A stretch of DNA of 64,000 nt from Pocillopora damicornis (taxonomy: Eukaryota), in contig NW_020843680.1 of NCBI RefSeq assembly GCF_003704095.1, positions 1 to 64,000 on the forward strand, read 5' to 3'. Position 1 is the stretch's first letter, and every line of letters starts with the position of its first letter. This document shows positions 24,161 through 37,621 of the stretch, piece by piece. The notes under the pieces are model-generated. The model was not told the DNA's origin. It worked only from the letters and a program-made list of their open reading frames with translations, and ran no database searches. The translations under genes were made by a program, and so were the position numbers.

Positions 24161-27100
24161 GTGTGACCAAGATACCTGAAAACATCAACAAACCTCCTAA
24201 GCTAAGCGGTCAAAACAAAGAAAATTACAAACAAGAGAAGCCCCTAAACCGATTGCGTACATACCAGCCATTTTGCATCCGAACCCACTCTCCCCAGGGC
24301 TTCACGAATTCAGTTACATCACCGAAAATATATAAGATTGTACTGTACAGTTGAACAGACCGCCAAAACGTTTGAGACGAAGATAGATGTTTTGTAACAT
24401 CATCTTACGATACGTGGGTTGGGATACTCGTGACTAAATTTAATAAGCTTCCCATCGTTTCGCGATGTTATGTAATAAAATTGGTGCTTCGTGGTTTGTA
24501 CGAAGTAGGTGCTCGAGAGTTCACATTGAGGTCACATCAACGTTTGACAAGACTAATGAATTTGCATTCACTGGCACCAGTGGGTAAATGAGGTACCGTG
24601 CGGTGAAAGAACAAGTTATAATCTTTAGAAGCCTTTGTTTCTCATTCAGGAGTTGTGAATGCAAAGAAACGCGGGGAGGAAAGGAGAAGTATCGGAGGGG
24701 ATCGTAAAAAGAACTGCCATATGAAGCACGTGTCCCGCGGTCCTGGGGCACTGCACGTGAGAGACGGCGTGATTGTAGATAAGTCAGATTGTTAGCTTGT
24801 TTCTTCCATAATGAACTTATAGAGGTCGATGATTCTCCTCTGAAGCGACTTAAACTTGCCTTTTAAGCAATTTTTGGGGTTTCTCTCTTTGACTCGTCCT
24901 TTAAGCGCGAGGAGATTCAAATAATGTTACATCTACATTGAAAACAGAAGCATTATTCCTATCATAAAGATTTTATTTTTCCCAGATACATGGTTCAAAC
25001 ACCTGTACACACCTTTGTGTCGAAGAAATATCCGTGATTGATTTCCGGAGGAGGTATTTCCCTGTATAAGCTACCAACCAGTACGTATCTGCCTCTCCAA
25101 AAGGCTTGGTTTTGGAGCTTTTTTGGGGGTCTAAACACAGGAACACATTTTCAGAACTATGGCCTTAAAACACGGATGATTTTCAAGGTAACCAGGAGAA
25201 CATGTAAACATATTTGTTTTTTCAACTCCACATGGACAATAGAGAAAGAGAAGGAACCAAATATATTATTCGAGCTGAGTTCAAGGTTAAATTTTACCAT
25301 TATTGACCTCTGATACTGATATGAAGATTCATTTGGCTACAAAACTAAGAACTTGTTTCAATGGCTAGGCGTTAAAACAGTCATGGATCTTGGAGCCTAC
25401 TTTTGGTAACGAGTGAGGAGAGTGACAGTTTTAGGGTCAAGAATTGGAGAACCGAGCTGCATACCCCTATCAAAAGTACCAAGGAGTTGGTGATTACAGA
25501 TACGCCGGAATTCGAGTTTTCTGTTCATTGTTCAACATCATACGTTATTCCTTGCATCCGGTTGCATTAGTACTGTTGAGGTCACATTTTAGAGTTTCCA
25601 CATTAGCCTCTCACAGACTTCGATCAAGGCGAAATAAGTCTATAAAAGTATGAAATAAACAATCTCTCTGAAAGAAATATCGCGTGTCGAAAGAGCTTAG
25701 AAAATTTTCTTTGCGTGACTGTGGTGTTATTACGTAATAATTTGATATGATTCAGCGAAGCGGCCTTACATCAAATACTAACCGTGAAATTACTAGGTTT
25801 TCGTCTTTGAATGTCAATCAAAGCTAATGTCTGATGAAGAGGAATTTCAGCACGAGGAACGAGGACTTCTTACAGCTTTATTTGTAAGAAACATTTTGCT
25901 TGCCATCGTTAAAACCGGGCCCAAGTGATTACAGACCGCCGCACGCGCTTCTACTCTTTCTTGGTCGTCTTTATCGCGTCTTCCGTAGAGAGCCTACTAC
26001 ACAGGCTAATTCCAAAATTAAAAATATTTTACGCTTCTGTAGCCGTATTTGGGTCAGGGCTATTGTAAAGTGAACGACCCATCGAAACCCAACAACAAAA
26101 ACTTACTAATACTGAGAGATAATATGTTAGTTTTTGAACGGTTCCCTATCAACATCATTGACCAGGCTTTGCTCATGAAACGAAGGCTGAATTTTTACCG
26201 CAGTATTCTGTAGCTGGTGCAGTTGGTGGTTTCCAGCAAGTTATGCAGGAGCAGAGCAAGTGTAAAAAGCGATGCTCGAGGCCGCGAAAGATATGGCTGA
26301 GATAAAGCACAGACTAAAGTCTTGGAAAAAGTTAGTCAAAGGAATGTCGCATTTACTGCTTACATGGTATTAGGTGTTACCTGTACTCACTTAGCCAACA
26401 GCTTTCACTATTTTCCGTAAACTAAGAGTCCGTTACGTCAAGAAGATCGGTTTGTACAGCTTGAAATTTGCTTACGACAGAACGGAAAACGGTGACGCCG
26501 ACAACGGAAGACGAGGTCAGAGGACATTCGCAAATTGGTTTGCGCGTCTCTTTGGGTAAGAAAATATTCAGCCTAACTCAAGAAACAGGTCAGCTTACCT
26601 CGTTTAAATAGTTGTTAGAAAAGCTGTGATTGACCAATTTTTCGGTTAACAGATAATCATGGCTTCATAACGTAACTACCGGGGCACGAGTAGAAATAAA
26701 AGTCTGGCACGTCTTCAATTTTGAGCAAGACATGCACTTCACTTTTTCATGTTTACATGTGCTGTCACTCACTTCATCCTGTGACTGACGTTTTTCAGGG
26801 TTGAACGGAACACTTGTAGCTCTAAACCGGAATTATCTTAACTCCGCACCGGAAGTAGTATTGCATAGCCTACGTTCTTGGGAAGGTGAAAAAAACGTAC
26901 CAGTCAAGAGAAGGCGAATAGTTTCTGAATTTTTCCTCCAGAAGTTTTGTTTTCGTGACTGAGTGAAAATGAGTAACTAGAAGGCCCTTTCCCCATCTTC
27001 CGACCGCCACCCACGCACTTAACTTGTCCTCAGGCCGGAAGCGTTTAATTTGATACCGTTATAATATCTCGCCTAACTCTGAAAACCAATTTGCTTTTCG

Positions 27101-27472
27101 GGTCAGACGACGAAATCGATTTTGTTATAATCAAATGAGGTCGAATTTTAGATAGTTCTAATGAAGAAAATTGACACACAAGATTATTAGAACCAGAGTA
27201 TTCATAAAATCTTAGATTTATCGTACACTATTCGATTATAGAATATTTCTACAAATGGATATCATATTAAAAAGTGACCTCATTAATGAGTCATCATAAC
27301 ATTTCACTGCCTTGTCCAAATGGCATACTTGGTTTATGAGCTGTCACGCAAATTCTTCCTCCAATAATAATCGGATATAGGTATTTGCACTCTATCCAAA
27401 GGCCAAACCTATTCTTTCATGCGCACGCGTAATATTTCACGCAACATTCCAACATTCACTTAGTCACGATAA

Positions 27473-30400
27473 TCATACAACGTTAGTGTAACGCAATTCT
27501 ATCATTTCGACTACATCGTAAGTTAAAAACACAGATGCTGACTGTAAACTGTCACATGAAGATGAAAACTCATCACGATCTTTCCAATCAAGTCCACCTA
27601 TGGAAGAATGAAGAAAACTATATTCAGAGTCACCATTGTCTCCACCTTCTTCCGAAATGGCATCTCCTTGGACACTACATTCTTTGCTGTCATAAACCAT
27701 ACTAGCCGTTGATTTGCACTTATTAATCTGACGAACACAAGGAATACTTAAAACGTCGAACTCTTTCAATCGCACTTCCCTTTGGCAAGCATCCAAAGTA
27801 TCTTCCTCATCGCTACTGTCACATCTACCAGCTGATTTATCATTCTGAGAATTTAACCAGTCTCTTACACGAATAAAAGGTTCGTCTTTAACGATTTCAT
27901 AGTCTGATAAATCAAACTCCGTTTCGTTATCCCCTTCATAAGGATTGGGGCTGCCCGATTTACCATCAGCGCTCTCACAATTGGCTTCATCAATCCTGGG
28001 GCAATTCATACCCGAGGGGGCAATCATAAGCTGTCCACCTGGTAATACTGATGCTACATTATGGGTCAGACTAAGTCTTCTGTTCAAAGGGGTTGACTGT
28101 TTCTCGAAGCAAACGGGACAGAAACCCCGAAGTTGTGAATTTGAACGTGATTTGCAAGTGGTTTGACATGTGTATCCTGAGCTCCAGCCATTTCCCATAA
28201 GGCCGCTGGGGGCGAAGTACTGTTGTGAGGCAACCCAGCTGGAAACATCTGAAAGAATACAGAAAAAGTGAAGTTGATTTTACAATATAATCTAAGTATC
28301 TTTTAGAAGGTTTTTGCTTATTATAACTTTTTGGTTAACGGAACCCAAACGGCTGGCAAGAAACCCTAACGTCCCCCCCCCCTCCTCAGAACAANNNNNN
28401 NNNNACCATAGAAGGAATTAACACTCCATAAATATATGCGAAAACAACGAGAAAGCAAACTCAAACAACACTGGGATCAAAGCAAACTTATTAAGCAGAG
28501 AGGAATTATCAAAAGGATCTTTTTGAGAGCAGGAATGACGTATTTTTCTATTCATAACAACCATTTTCTAAGCCTAGTAAATAATGGGAACTTACCATCC
28601 GATATTCCTCGACTTTCTTCATCTGGCTGAACACTACCCGAATAACCGCTGTCCACTGTTGAATGACATGTACATCTTCTGTCTTTGTATCGTTGACATT
28701 CCCCTGTAGGGTCAATGATGTCGACAAGATCTCTCTTATCTCTTCCGCTGATAAAGTTCTCCATCTCTTTTCTTGTTAAGTTACTTTGGATAAACAGATG
28801 AAATACGGAGTCCGCGAGAATTGGGGTGATTCGCGATAGACTGGAAAACAAAAACCAAAATTCAGGTCAATCTGGTTTATGCGTTCAAATTCGAGCAAAC
28901 ATGCTGGGAAAACAAATGCAAAAAACCGGTGCAACCTAATTCATCTCATATTTTCAAATTACTCTTCAACAAGGCTAATGTTTGGCACAGAAATCAAATT
29001 TACAAACTGCAAATATATCATAATATGTAACAAGGCCACCAGGTAGTAAATTTGCAAACTTCAAACTAATGAAATTTGCATCACGTTTCTGCTCTTGTGA
29101 AACATATTTACTCAGATATACACTATTTACACGTATACTTTTAATTTTCAAAATGACGTAAGAGAGGGTTAAAGGTGTGACTACGCCAAGGCAAAAAACG
29201 TTGATCTAGGAAGCGGTTTCCTTCCAGAAGCTTTAAAATACTGATTTTTCATCAAAATATGCAGAAAATACCATTAGTGAATGCAACAAAGGAAAAGCTT
29301 CTGTTCTGAGTTGTACTTTGGACTGTTTTATACAATTGCCTTCTTGTCACAAAAAGGCTCAGGATTAAAGCCGTGTTGTTCACGTGCGATTCTACTGAGT
29401 GACTTGTTTCATCATCCAAGCTGCCACAGAGAATAGTTGGTGCGAAAAGATGGCGAAATCTAAAATAAACTTGATTAGAAATGATATTTTTGTCCCGTAA
29501 TTAACTCTAACGTGAGCAAATAGATAAAAGAGGTGTTCTCATTCAACAAGTTGATCTGCTCTCTTGGATACGATCGAATATTTTCCGCAAAAAAAAGGAG
29601 GAACAAAACGAACAAAAAATAATTAAAGGATATGGCTAGATAACGTAGTACCAGGATCCAAGGGCCTATTTATATCCAACTCGGGTTCAGAGATCTCACT
29701 CAACTGAGTTGATCACAAAGCTACAAAAAAAAATTCAATTTTTTTCGTTTGGGATGGCGTGCAAACCCTTTCCGAAATGTCGATTTTTTTTTTCTCAGTA
29801 ACCAGGCTGGAAAATTACTAATGGAAAAATATCCAGCCCTGTCATCGGGGAAAAACTTCAAAAGTCGCACCGTGTTATTCTGACGCGGGACAGCGCGTGG
29901 GTTGGTCAGTTTCGAGCATTTATTAACATGAGGAACAGGACAGGGCAGGTCGGGTTAGTGATGGCAAAAGATGGACTGGATCTTACCTGGCCAAAGCCTC
30001 CTGTAGACCACTTCGACGTTCCTCTAAAAATCCTTTGCTAAATCGACCAAAGACTTTTCTCCTCGTTGGCAACGGAGGTAGTTTCCTGAAAGTAACCAAA
30101 GCATAAATCGATCTTCAATCAATCATGTATGAAACGGTACGTGGTTAAGTACATCTCAGCCACCGCCTCTAAAAATAAAGCTAAACGAATGGTCCAGCTG
30201 ATAGTGCGTGTACCTTATAGGAAGCAAGCATTGAAGGCTGAATGTTTCTTGAATGAAATTGATTTAAATGGACGGTCGTTTACAGTATGCAAATTTATTT
30301 TGATCCATGAAACAAAGGAAGGAAGGTGTCTTGGCAACCAGACAAGTCGCTATCAAGCTGATGCAATCTCCGCGGTTTGGACGCTAAATTCTTATTTCCT

Positions 30401-32500
30401 ACAGGAACTTGTTAATATTTCGGCCAACAATTCTAAAACCAGTAGGAGCAACTTAACGCACAACGCCAGCGAGTTCTATTTGTTGCTCCATTTGAGTGCT
30501 CATACAAAACTTTGAGTATCTCAAGGAGGCATGAGTGCTACTTAATGACAATAATGAAAACAATCAATGACTCTTAAATGCATGGTTGTAAAGGTTTCTA
30601 ACTTACAGTGTCAGTGAGGTATGTCTTGATAAATGTTTCCATAACCAAATAAACTCCGAGAAACGTCTTCTAACTTGAGTATTTTGCTTAGCAAAGATCA
30701 TACTGTTGGTCTGTGAATGAGCAGGTAAGTTACTACAGATCAATTATTTTTAATGTATATTCACTATTTTCGGGTCCAACCTAATCACAAGGATTCAGAA
30801 AAACACGCCCGAACATTCAAAGCAAATTAAAGAGGCGCAGGAAGGGTGGGGGAAGGGAGTTCTTGATCAAACTCTCTAACTTTTCCTCTTCTCTCTTGAT
30901 CATGCCCTTCCCCTCTGCTACCATTATAATATTTTCAAAACACTTTAAACAGGTAACGAGGAAAAACAATATGATGTTTTCATGTTTTCACTATCTCTTT
31001 GTTTACTAAGTTGGTTTGAAAACTTTGCTTGAAATTTTTAAGTAGAGTTGAGATCGAATCTTGATTTATTCCTTGCTAAAATAAGGAAGATTTCGTGATC
31101 AGTTCGTTTCATAAAGGTCGACTTATTCGGCTGCTCCCCACCCACGCCCACACGGATATGTGCCCACCAAAAGCTAAGAACCGGAATTTTACGGTAAGTT
31201 TCCAAAAATAACACTTTCACCCACCAGAACTACGATCTCGAAGTCTGTATAAACAGGCCATCTGCGCAACAAATGGGTTCGAGGATTACGAACATGGATA
31301 GAGATGAACTGAAAAAAAAGAGTGCTGTTAGCGTTATATTGCCTCTAACTGACCGCCACTCCTCCATTTGGCTAACAACCAACTTATAGGATTATAGAAA
31401 GGTCACGTTTTTAAAGCAAATTTTTTTTTGTCCAGAGGGGTTCAATGTCCTTTGATCGCTCGGTGTGGGTCGATTTGTGCCGCTTCCCGAAAGACCGCGG
31501 GCTCACCACAAGCAATATGCTTGTATCGTAGCGAAATCTTTACACTTTTTCACCATTCTGACTTTCTCTCTCTTCGAAATGTTTTCCGTAACGCTGAAAG
31601 AAAGTAAACGCCCTAAATAGAATTAGATCTCTCGTCTCATTAGTAGCATCCCCTGGTTCACGAATGTTAATCTTTGGTATACGATCACGCGTTTGGGTCC
31701 CCTCTGGGTGCCGTCACGTTCTTTTCTTCACAAACGGTAAATTTGTACCCAATTTTTTTGCAAACCGTAGTTAGAACATTTATAATGGTCCATACGCATG
31801 TGCAGTGTATAAATAAATTGAACAAACTGATTTGCTTTGAAAACATCAATTTCTCATGAAGCTTGAGATAGATTAACAGAACAAAGACGTGTCCTATCTT
31901 GCTCATTAGCGTAATCAAACATTTCTAACAGGGTCTCTGGAATTTGGAAATGACTTGTCTGAAGAGATGAATAAAGTTTTTCTCCTTTCATGCAATTAAC
32001 TCAGATAAACAATGGATCGGGGATGCAATTTCAGCCCACAGTGAATAACTTTCCTTCATATTTTATTCAAACCGTGGAATGGGCCTTATAATCTCTCGTA
32101 AACCAATTTTTTTTCTTTTGGTGAGCTCAGCCGCACATAATCGAGATAAGGGATCCATTTAAAGGGGAAGATTTTGATCTCGGGTGTTATACGGGCTGTT
32201 ATAATCCACACTGACAAGCAAGTCCCGTACGGTTAATATTCCTCAACAGGATGCCTACTCTGGTTAGTTATTGAAGGTTTTTCTATTCTATTGCATTTCA
32301 TTGACAAACGTTCGTGGAGACAGGAAAGTGGCTGTTGGCAAAGTAGCTCCCCACAGATTTTCCGTTTTAAGGCATTTGAACACATTGTGTACCTTCTTCA
32401 CGCAGTAATCGAAATACAATTCAGCATTGAGAAATGAACGGCAAAAGATTTATGCATTGTTTACCTCAAAATTCGCTGCCTGTCCGGCCAAGTTTGCCAT
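27473..32500 (-). CDS. SNX10/11-like PX-domain sorting nexin, paralog B
   Basis: Approximate exons 32500-32465 (MANLAGQAANFE), 31307-31224 (FISIHVRNPRTH...YTDFEIVVL), 30710-30607 (TNSMIF...VRRRFSEFIWL), 30085-29987 (KLPPLPTRRKVFGRFSKGFLEERRSGLQ), 28840-28596 (...FHLFIQSNLT) and 28248-27473. PX-domain intron positions and phases match paralog A. Confidence 0.88.
28395..28404. other. Assembly gap (10 N)
   Basis: Run of N inside the last intron of SNX paralog B. Confidence 0.99.
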
Positions 32501-32631
32501 TGTCGGGCTCTTCTGTGTTCAATTAACCACTCAGCGCAGACATTTAGTGTAATTTTCTTCTCGTTTGGTGAGGCGGAGAGTTATTAAACCGCTCTAATAC
32601 AGTAGATTCTGATATGTATTAAGTCGCGCCG

Positions 32632-32698
32632 TGGCATGAGCTGGAATCGAACCAGCAGAGACGGAAGTCCACAAGCGACCGTCAATCGCTAGCTTGCC
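32632..32698 (-). ncRNA. tRNA-like / Pol III type-2 element (not a canonical tRNA)
   Basis: Minus strand reads GGCAAGC TA GCGA-TTGACGG-TCGC T TGTGGACTTCCGT CTCT GCTGG-TTCGATT-CCAGC TCATGCC A. D-stem, T-arm and B-box are perfect, the acceptor stem has 5 of 7 pairs and the anticodon arm is shortened. Confidence 0.45.
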
Positions 32699-34467
32699 AG
32701 CCACTCGGTTGCTCTCAATTTTCTAAGGTTCTTGATTGCATTGGCAGAATTTTCCTGATCCTCAGAACACGAGAAGAACTTGCGAGATTGCAACACCAGG
32801 TTTGTGAAGTGTCGAAAATTATCATATATGTACACCGCTATTATTGTCTGCCAGCGTCACTGGGTGAAGCAGGAACCAATTACCTTTCGGTTTGCGCAAT
32901 AAGTTTAATAAGTTATGCAAATGATCAAGCCGTGAAAGCCGCTCTCTCTGAAATGCATATCATTACAGTAGGTGGCGTCGACTGCCTTCTTTAATTTACT
33001 TCATTACCATTTAGAACTCACAACATTCATTAAAGCTCAATCACTCTATTTAAAATCACGATTTAAATTGTTTTGCAACCAAGAAAAATCAGTTACTGGG
33101 CACTCCCAATAATTTCCTTTCATTTCAGTTATCATCACAACATGAGATAGATTAGAATTGGAATGTAGTGTTTTATTTTAAGCATAAGGAGAGTGTACCC
33201 TTTCACATTTAGAAAACATGAAATCGATACCTCAGGAAGGAACATTCCTGTAAAGAACTGGATCAAACACGCATTTATGTATTTCGGAATTCGAAGAAAT
33301 CTAAATTTCTGAGAATACAGTATGGTGTCGATTTATTTCCACCATATCCATCATTTTCTATTTCAGCACGTATCATTTCTATTCTTGAGCCACTTGGTCG
33401 AACACGAGCCACTACGGTCACGTTTTAGTGCCATTTGTCAGCCTCAAGAAGAATTTTGTATTATCCTCTGCCTGCTCTCTTGATTTTCCTCTTACAAAAG
33501 TTCATCTCAGCGATATCTTGCTAATTCTCCCTCCCCAGACTGTATCTTTGGCTTCACCAGTGAGGGAAACAACCCTATTCGACATCCTTTGGTTTATAAT
33601 CACGATCATAACCGTTATCATCTACTGTATATAAAACTGGTTGAATAATTTTAGACGGAGAACAAGTTTTGTTACGCATAAATAAATCTTGCTGACTGAT
33701 TTTTTGTTTGTTTGTTTTTTTTGACTAAAGCGCAGATGGCAACTCATTCTTTTAAAATCCAACTGAACCACTAGTAGTCTAAAACGCTTGCCTCTCGCAA
33801 GGGCCGCCATATTTTTACTCGCTCAAATTTCTTTGCAATTCTGTTTTCGTGGAAAACCAAGGCCACTTTTGTCTGTTTTCGTGTCTATCATAACGTCACA
33901 GCAAAAGTTTATGCGAGGTTTAAAATATCTCAGTTGGGTGGGCCTACTGAAAAATGTCGTGTTATTCAAATTTCATCGCAAGTTCATCAAGCAACCACGA
34001 AATCAAACGTGATATTGTCAAAGCAACGTTGTACAATTCTTTACAAATCCCGTTCGCTTCATATAGTTTTTTTTTCGACCTGTGAACTGAAGGAAAACAC
34101 TAACTTGGAAGACTCGTGACATTCAGGCTGAGTGGATGTGTGTAGAGTAATTCAGGTCACCTTCCTTCGAAGAATAAGCACTGTTTGATCTGCGCTCTTC
34201 ATGACATCCTTAAGGTTTTTAGAGAAGCCTGATTGATTTTTACGGATAAAAATTTTTGTCTTGGGGAGTGCATATTTTACCAAGTGTCCAATGTCTGGTT
34301 GCTAGCGGGTCTAACTTCCGCTTAAACCGGAAATTTGCAATGTTCGTGGAAACGAGGCTATCAAACAGGAAATGGTGCATTGACATTTGAAAAGTTTAGA
34401 GGGAGACAGTTAGATTAATGTCTGACTACAAGGATTGTTGTTATTAAAGAGGGACAAGAGAGCAAGA

Positions 34468-37400
34468 ATGGAGAGTAAAAAGGGAAGAAGAAGATTGAAG
34501 GTGTTCTAAAATAGAATTGAATTTTCTCATCTACATACCGTTTACCTCTGGATAGGCTTGTCAACACATGTATAAGCTAAACTTAAGTCGATACCTTGAG
34601 TATTTGTAGATCTTGTATAGTGATCGTTTCTCGATTAAATTACTAACACCATCAAACATATCAGAAAAGGAGAACGAGTGTGAATCTCCAAAGACAGAGG
34701 ACCAACCTCACGGAACAGGACAAAAAACAAGACCAAGAGAACATGGAAGTGGAACCATCAGTGACAAGTAAGATTAATAGACTTTTTGATGCCTTGGGTT
34801 CAGATTCATGCTTACTTTATTTTAAAAAAATTGTTATATTTTCTTCAGATGTGTCTAAACTGTCCACATATACCACACTTAAAGCAAACAACAAAGCCCT
34901 GGCGGCAGCTCTTGGTAAAGTCTTGTTGAATTTATTCTTGTCTATGAAACTTGTCAGCTATGAAGAATCAAGTTTAATTTGAGGTTTTCCTTTATCAGTA
35001 TTATCAAAGATGTTAAACTTTGTTTTCAGAGGATGCCCAGCAAGAACTTTGCCTTGTTCAGCATGAAAATGTCCAGCTTAAAAAGAAAATCTATAACAGT
35101 CATTTAGAATTTGTGGAGAAAACAAAAGCATTAGAACAACAATTGAATTCCCATGAGAAGATCTCAGAAAATGATTTTGCATCAAAAGCAGAGGTGTGGT
35201 CCATTAAAATTTTGTCTAGTCATGTGTTAACTATCAAGAAAGCATAAAACTAGTTCTTTGCTGTAGCTCTTCATTCAAGTTCATGAAGCTGATATAAGAG
35301 CTGTCAAATCCAGATTTTTTAAATTCTGGGAAAAGGGACCAGTGTGAATGGAGGGTTTGAAAACCTGAGTTAAAGTTATACTTTTTCTTGGGACATGTAA
35401 GCCCTTTTTGGTTTGAATGGTTAGGGTTCTTATGAAACTGCAGGGTGAACATTTTACAATTCCACAGTATTTCTTCTCATAGCTCACTAGTTTTACTAGC
35501 AACTAACTAGTTAAAGGGGCCCTGAGAATAATTTTTTAAATATTCATATAGATTGCTGCTATTCTTTTAAGACTAAAATGCTTAGAATTATTTCTAAAAT
35601 CTTGCAACTTTATATAGATATGTAGGTATGATCAGACTATTTACATAATAAGGTAACTTGATTGTTTATGGCTGCTCTATTTATTTTATGTAGGCTGGAA
35701 TTAAAGAAGTCCATAATCTCCTGAACCAGACATGTGGCAAGTTTGTTCAAGGTTCAAACTTTTTGTCAGAAGCCCTTCATCTTCTTAGCTCTCTCCTTGC
35801 TCCTGCTGAAGGACACAAGCATGAAACTATTCATGTAGTATCAAACAGTGTGTCTCCTTATATGGACCCTGTCTCAAACTGTGTGTGTACCACTCCTCCA
35901 CCAGATGAACCATCAGCAATGGAGATCACAGATATACAATCAACCATTATTGAGAACAATGAGGTTTTCATGAAAAACTTGGACAGAGGTAAGTTTGTGG
36001 TAAGTTATCTAAGTCTGGTGTGAGAAACAACGCTTGACCACATTCCAGATAATGGAGAAAAATATCAAAAATACCTTCAACAGTTGAATGTTTTTTACAT
36101 CTTTTTGGGGGAGTTTGGAAATCTGGTTTAACACAGTTTTGATGGAAACAGAGAAATAGACCGAATTAATTTGATATAAGGTCCTAAAATATTGAAGATT
36201 CTGACTCACACTTACAGTAAGGCTTCCTGACGGGATGAATTGTTGGTGAATTTTAGAGTAAGGTCACTAGCAGATTTAGAAATTTTTAATTTCTAGTGTC
36301 ACTCAAATAATAATATTCTGAAATGTAATTTCTGATTAATATGTATTAATATTCAAATGAAAATAAATTACTTCATTTTAAGGACATGTTTTGAAAATGC
36401 TCTGCCCATTTATTTGGAAAAAGGAATTCTGAGTAACATGGTGGACCAAAATGAAACAAGGAAGGAATCCAGCCAGCCTCAGCCTGCTAGATGCCACATG
36501 AAGAGAAAAAGTACCACAGGTGTCAGTTATGTAGAGCCAGGACTTCGCAGGTATTAAATGTACAACCTTAATAACTCTCTATAATGGGGGAGTGGTAAAG
36601 CCATACTCTAAGGTGCCTTTGGCAATGGAAAGCAAATTACTAAGCACAGGGAATGTTGGCCTCTTAGGTTAGGTTGTAAAAGACATTACTTCTTCCATGT
36701 CTTGTTTCCTATGCATGTGTATGCTTGTTCTTCATGTAATTTTGAACTCTACAGTATGGTCATTTTAAATGATGTCTTTGTCATGTTAGGGAGTCCTGTA
36801 AAAATTTTATCATTCAGAGTCATGTTTGTAGGTTGATTTACCAGGATTTGATTGACAAGACATGGTATGCAGTGTTGAACTGACTTCTGTTTACGAGAGA
36901 TGTCTCTTTGAATTTTTCTTTGGTTTTATGTCAACAGCAAATTGCGTAGAGGAGACCCTTTTACTGACAGCAGATTGTTTGGTGATGCAATCCAAATAAA
37001 CACAACACGAAAAAGTAAGTTAGGAAGTTTTTTTGTTCCAACAAGTACTTCGATCTACTATCAAGCATTGCAGCCTAAAAAATAAACCACCAGAAAATGA
37101 TGATTAAATCCATCTCATCAAATCTTTTATTTTTCTATGTCCCCGATCTGTTTGGTCAAAGTTAAATTTAAGTTGGTTGAACCAAAATGAATCTATATTT
37201 TTTGCTTGCACTGTGCTGAATATATCTTTTGACTAGTTTTGCAGCACATTTCAAAGTGAATCAAGTAGCATTTATTTATTTAATTCAGCTAGAATGTACA
37301 CATACATATTAAAGCTTACAAAAATAAATACATGAAATTGAGACTATCCTATTGGACAAGTAAGGAACATGCTGAGTACACAGATAGTAAGTGAAGTCTC

Positions 37401-37621
37401 TTCTTGTAGAAAAGAGAAGTTTGACAAAAGGAACCACGACTCTACCTATCATGGGAAAAACAGTAAGTGCACATGTTAGATTTTCATATTTGCTTGAGAT
37501 GAGAATGTTTTATTCTCAGTGAGCTTGTTTGGCTTTAAGTATCTACAAAAATTCTTCTTTTCCTCAGAAAAAACGTGCTCCCTTGGCAAATCTAACAAAC
37601 ATTATCGTTGAAGAAATCTGA
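34468..37621 (+). CDS. SGO1: Shugoshin
   Basis: Exons 34468-34500, 34665-34767, 34849-34914, 35030-35193, 35694-35988, ~36424-36550 (acceptor uncertain), 36938-37014, 37410-37462, 37568-37621. N-terminal coiled coil LKANNKALAAALEDAQQE and basic SGO motif [27 protein letters not shown]. SGO1 versus SGO2 orthology cannot be resolved. Confidence 0.9.

Noticed and set aside
30129-30515. 128-aa plus-strand ORF inside an SNX-B intron
   Set aside because: No recognisable motif, no supporting splice chain, and composition is typical of chance ORFs.
31507-31592. Minus-strand exon-like segment with ATG (MVKKCKDF...) upstream of the SNX-B PX exons
   Set aside because: It ends in phase 2, incompatible with the phase-0 acceptor at 31307; the 32500-32465 exon fits and resembles the SNX10 N-terminus.
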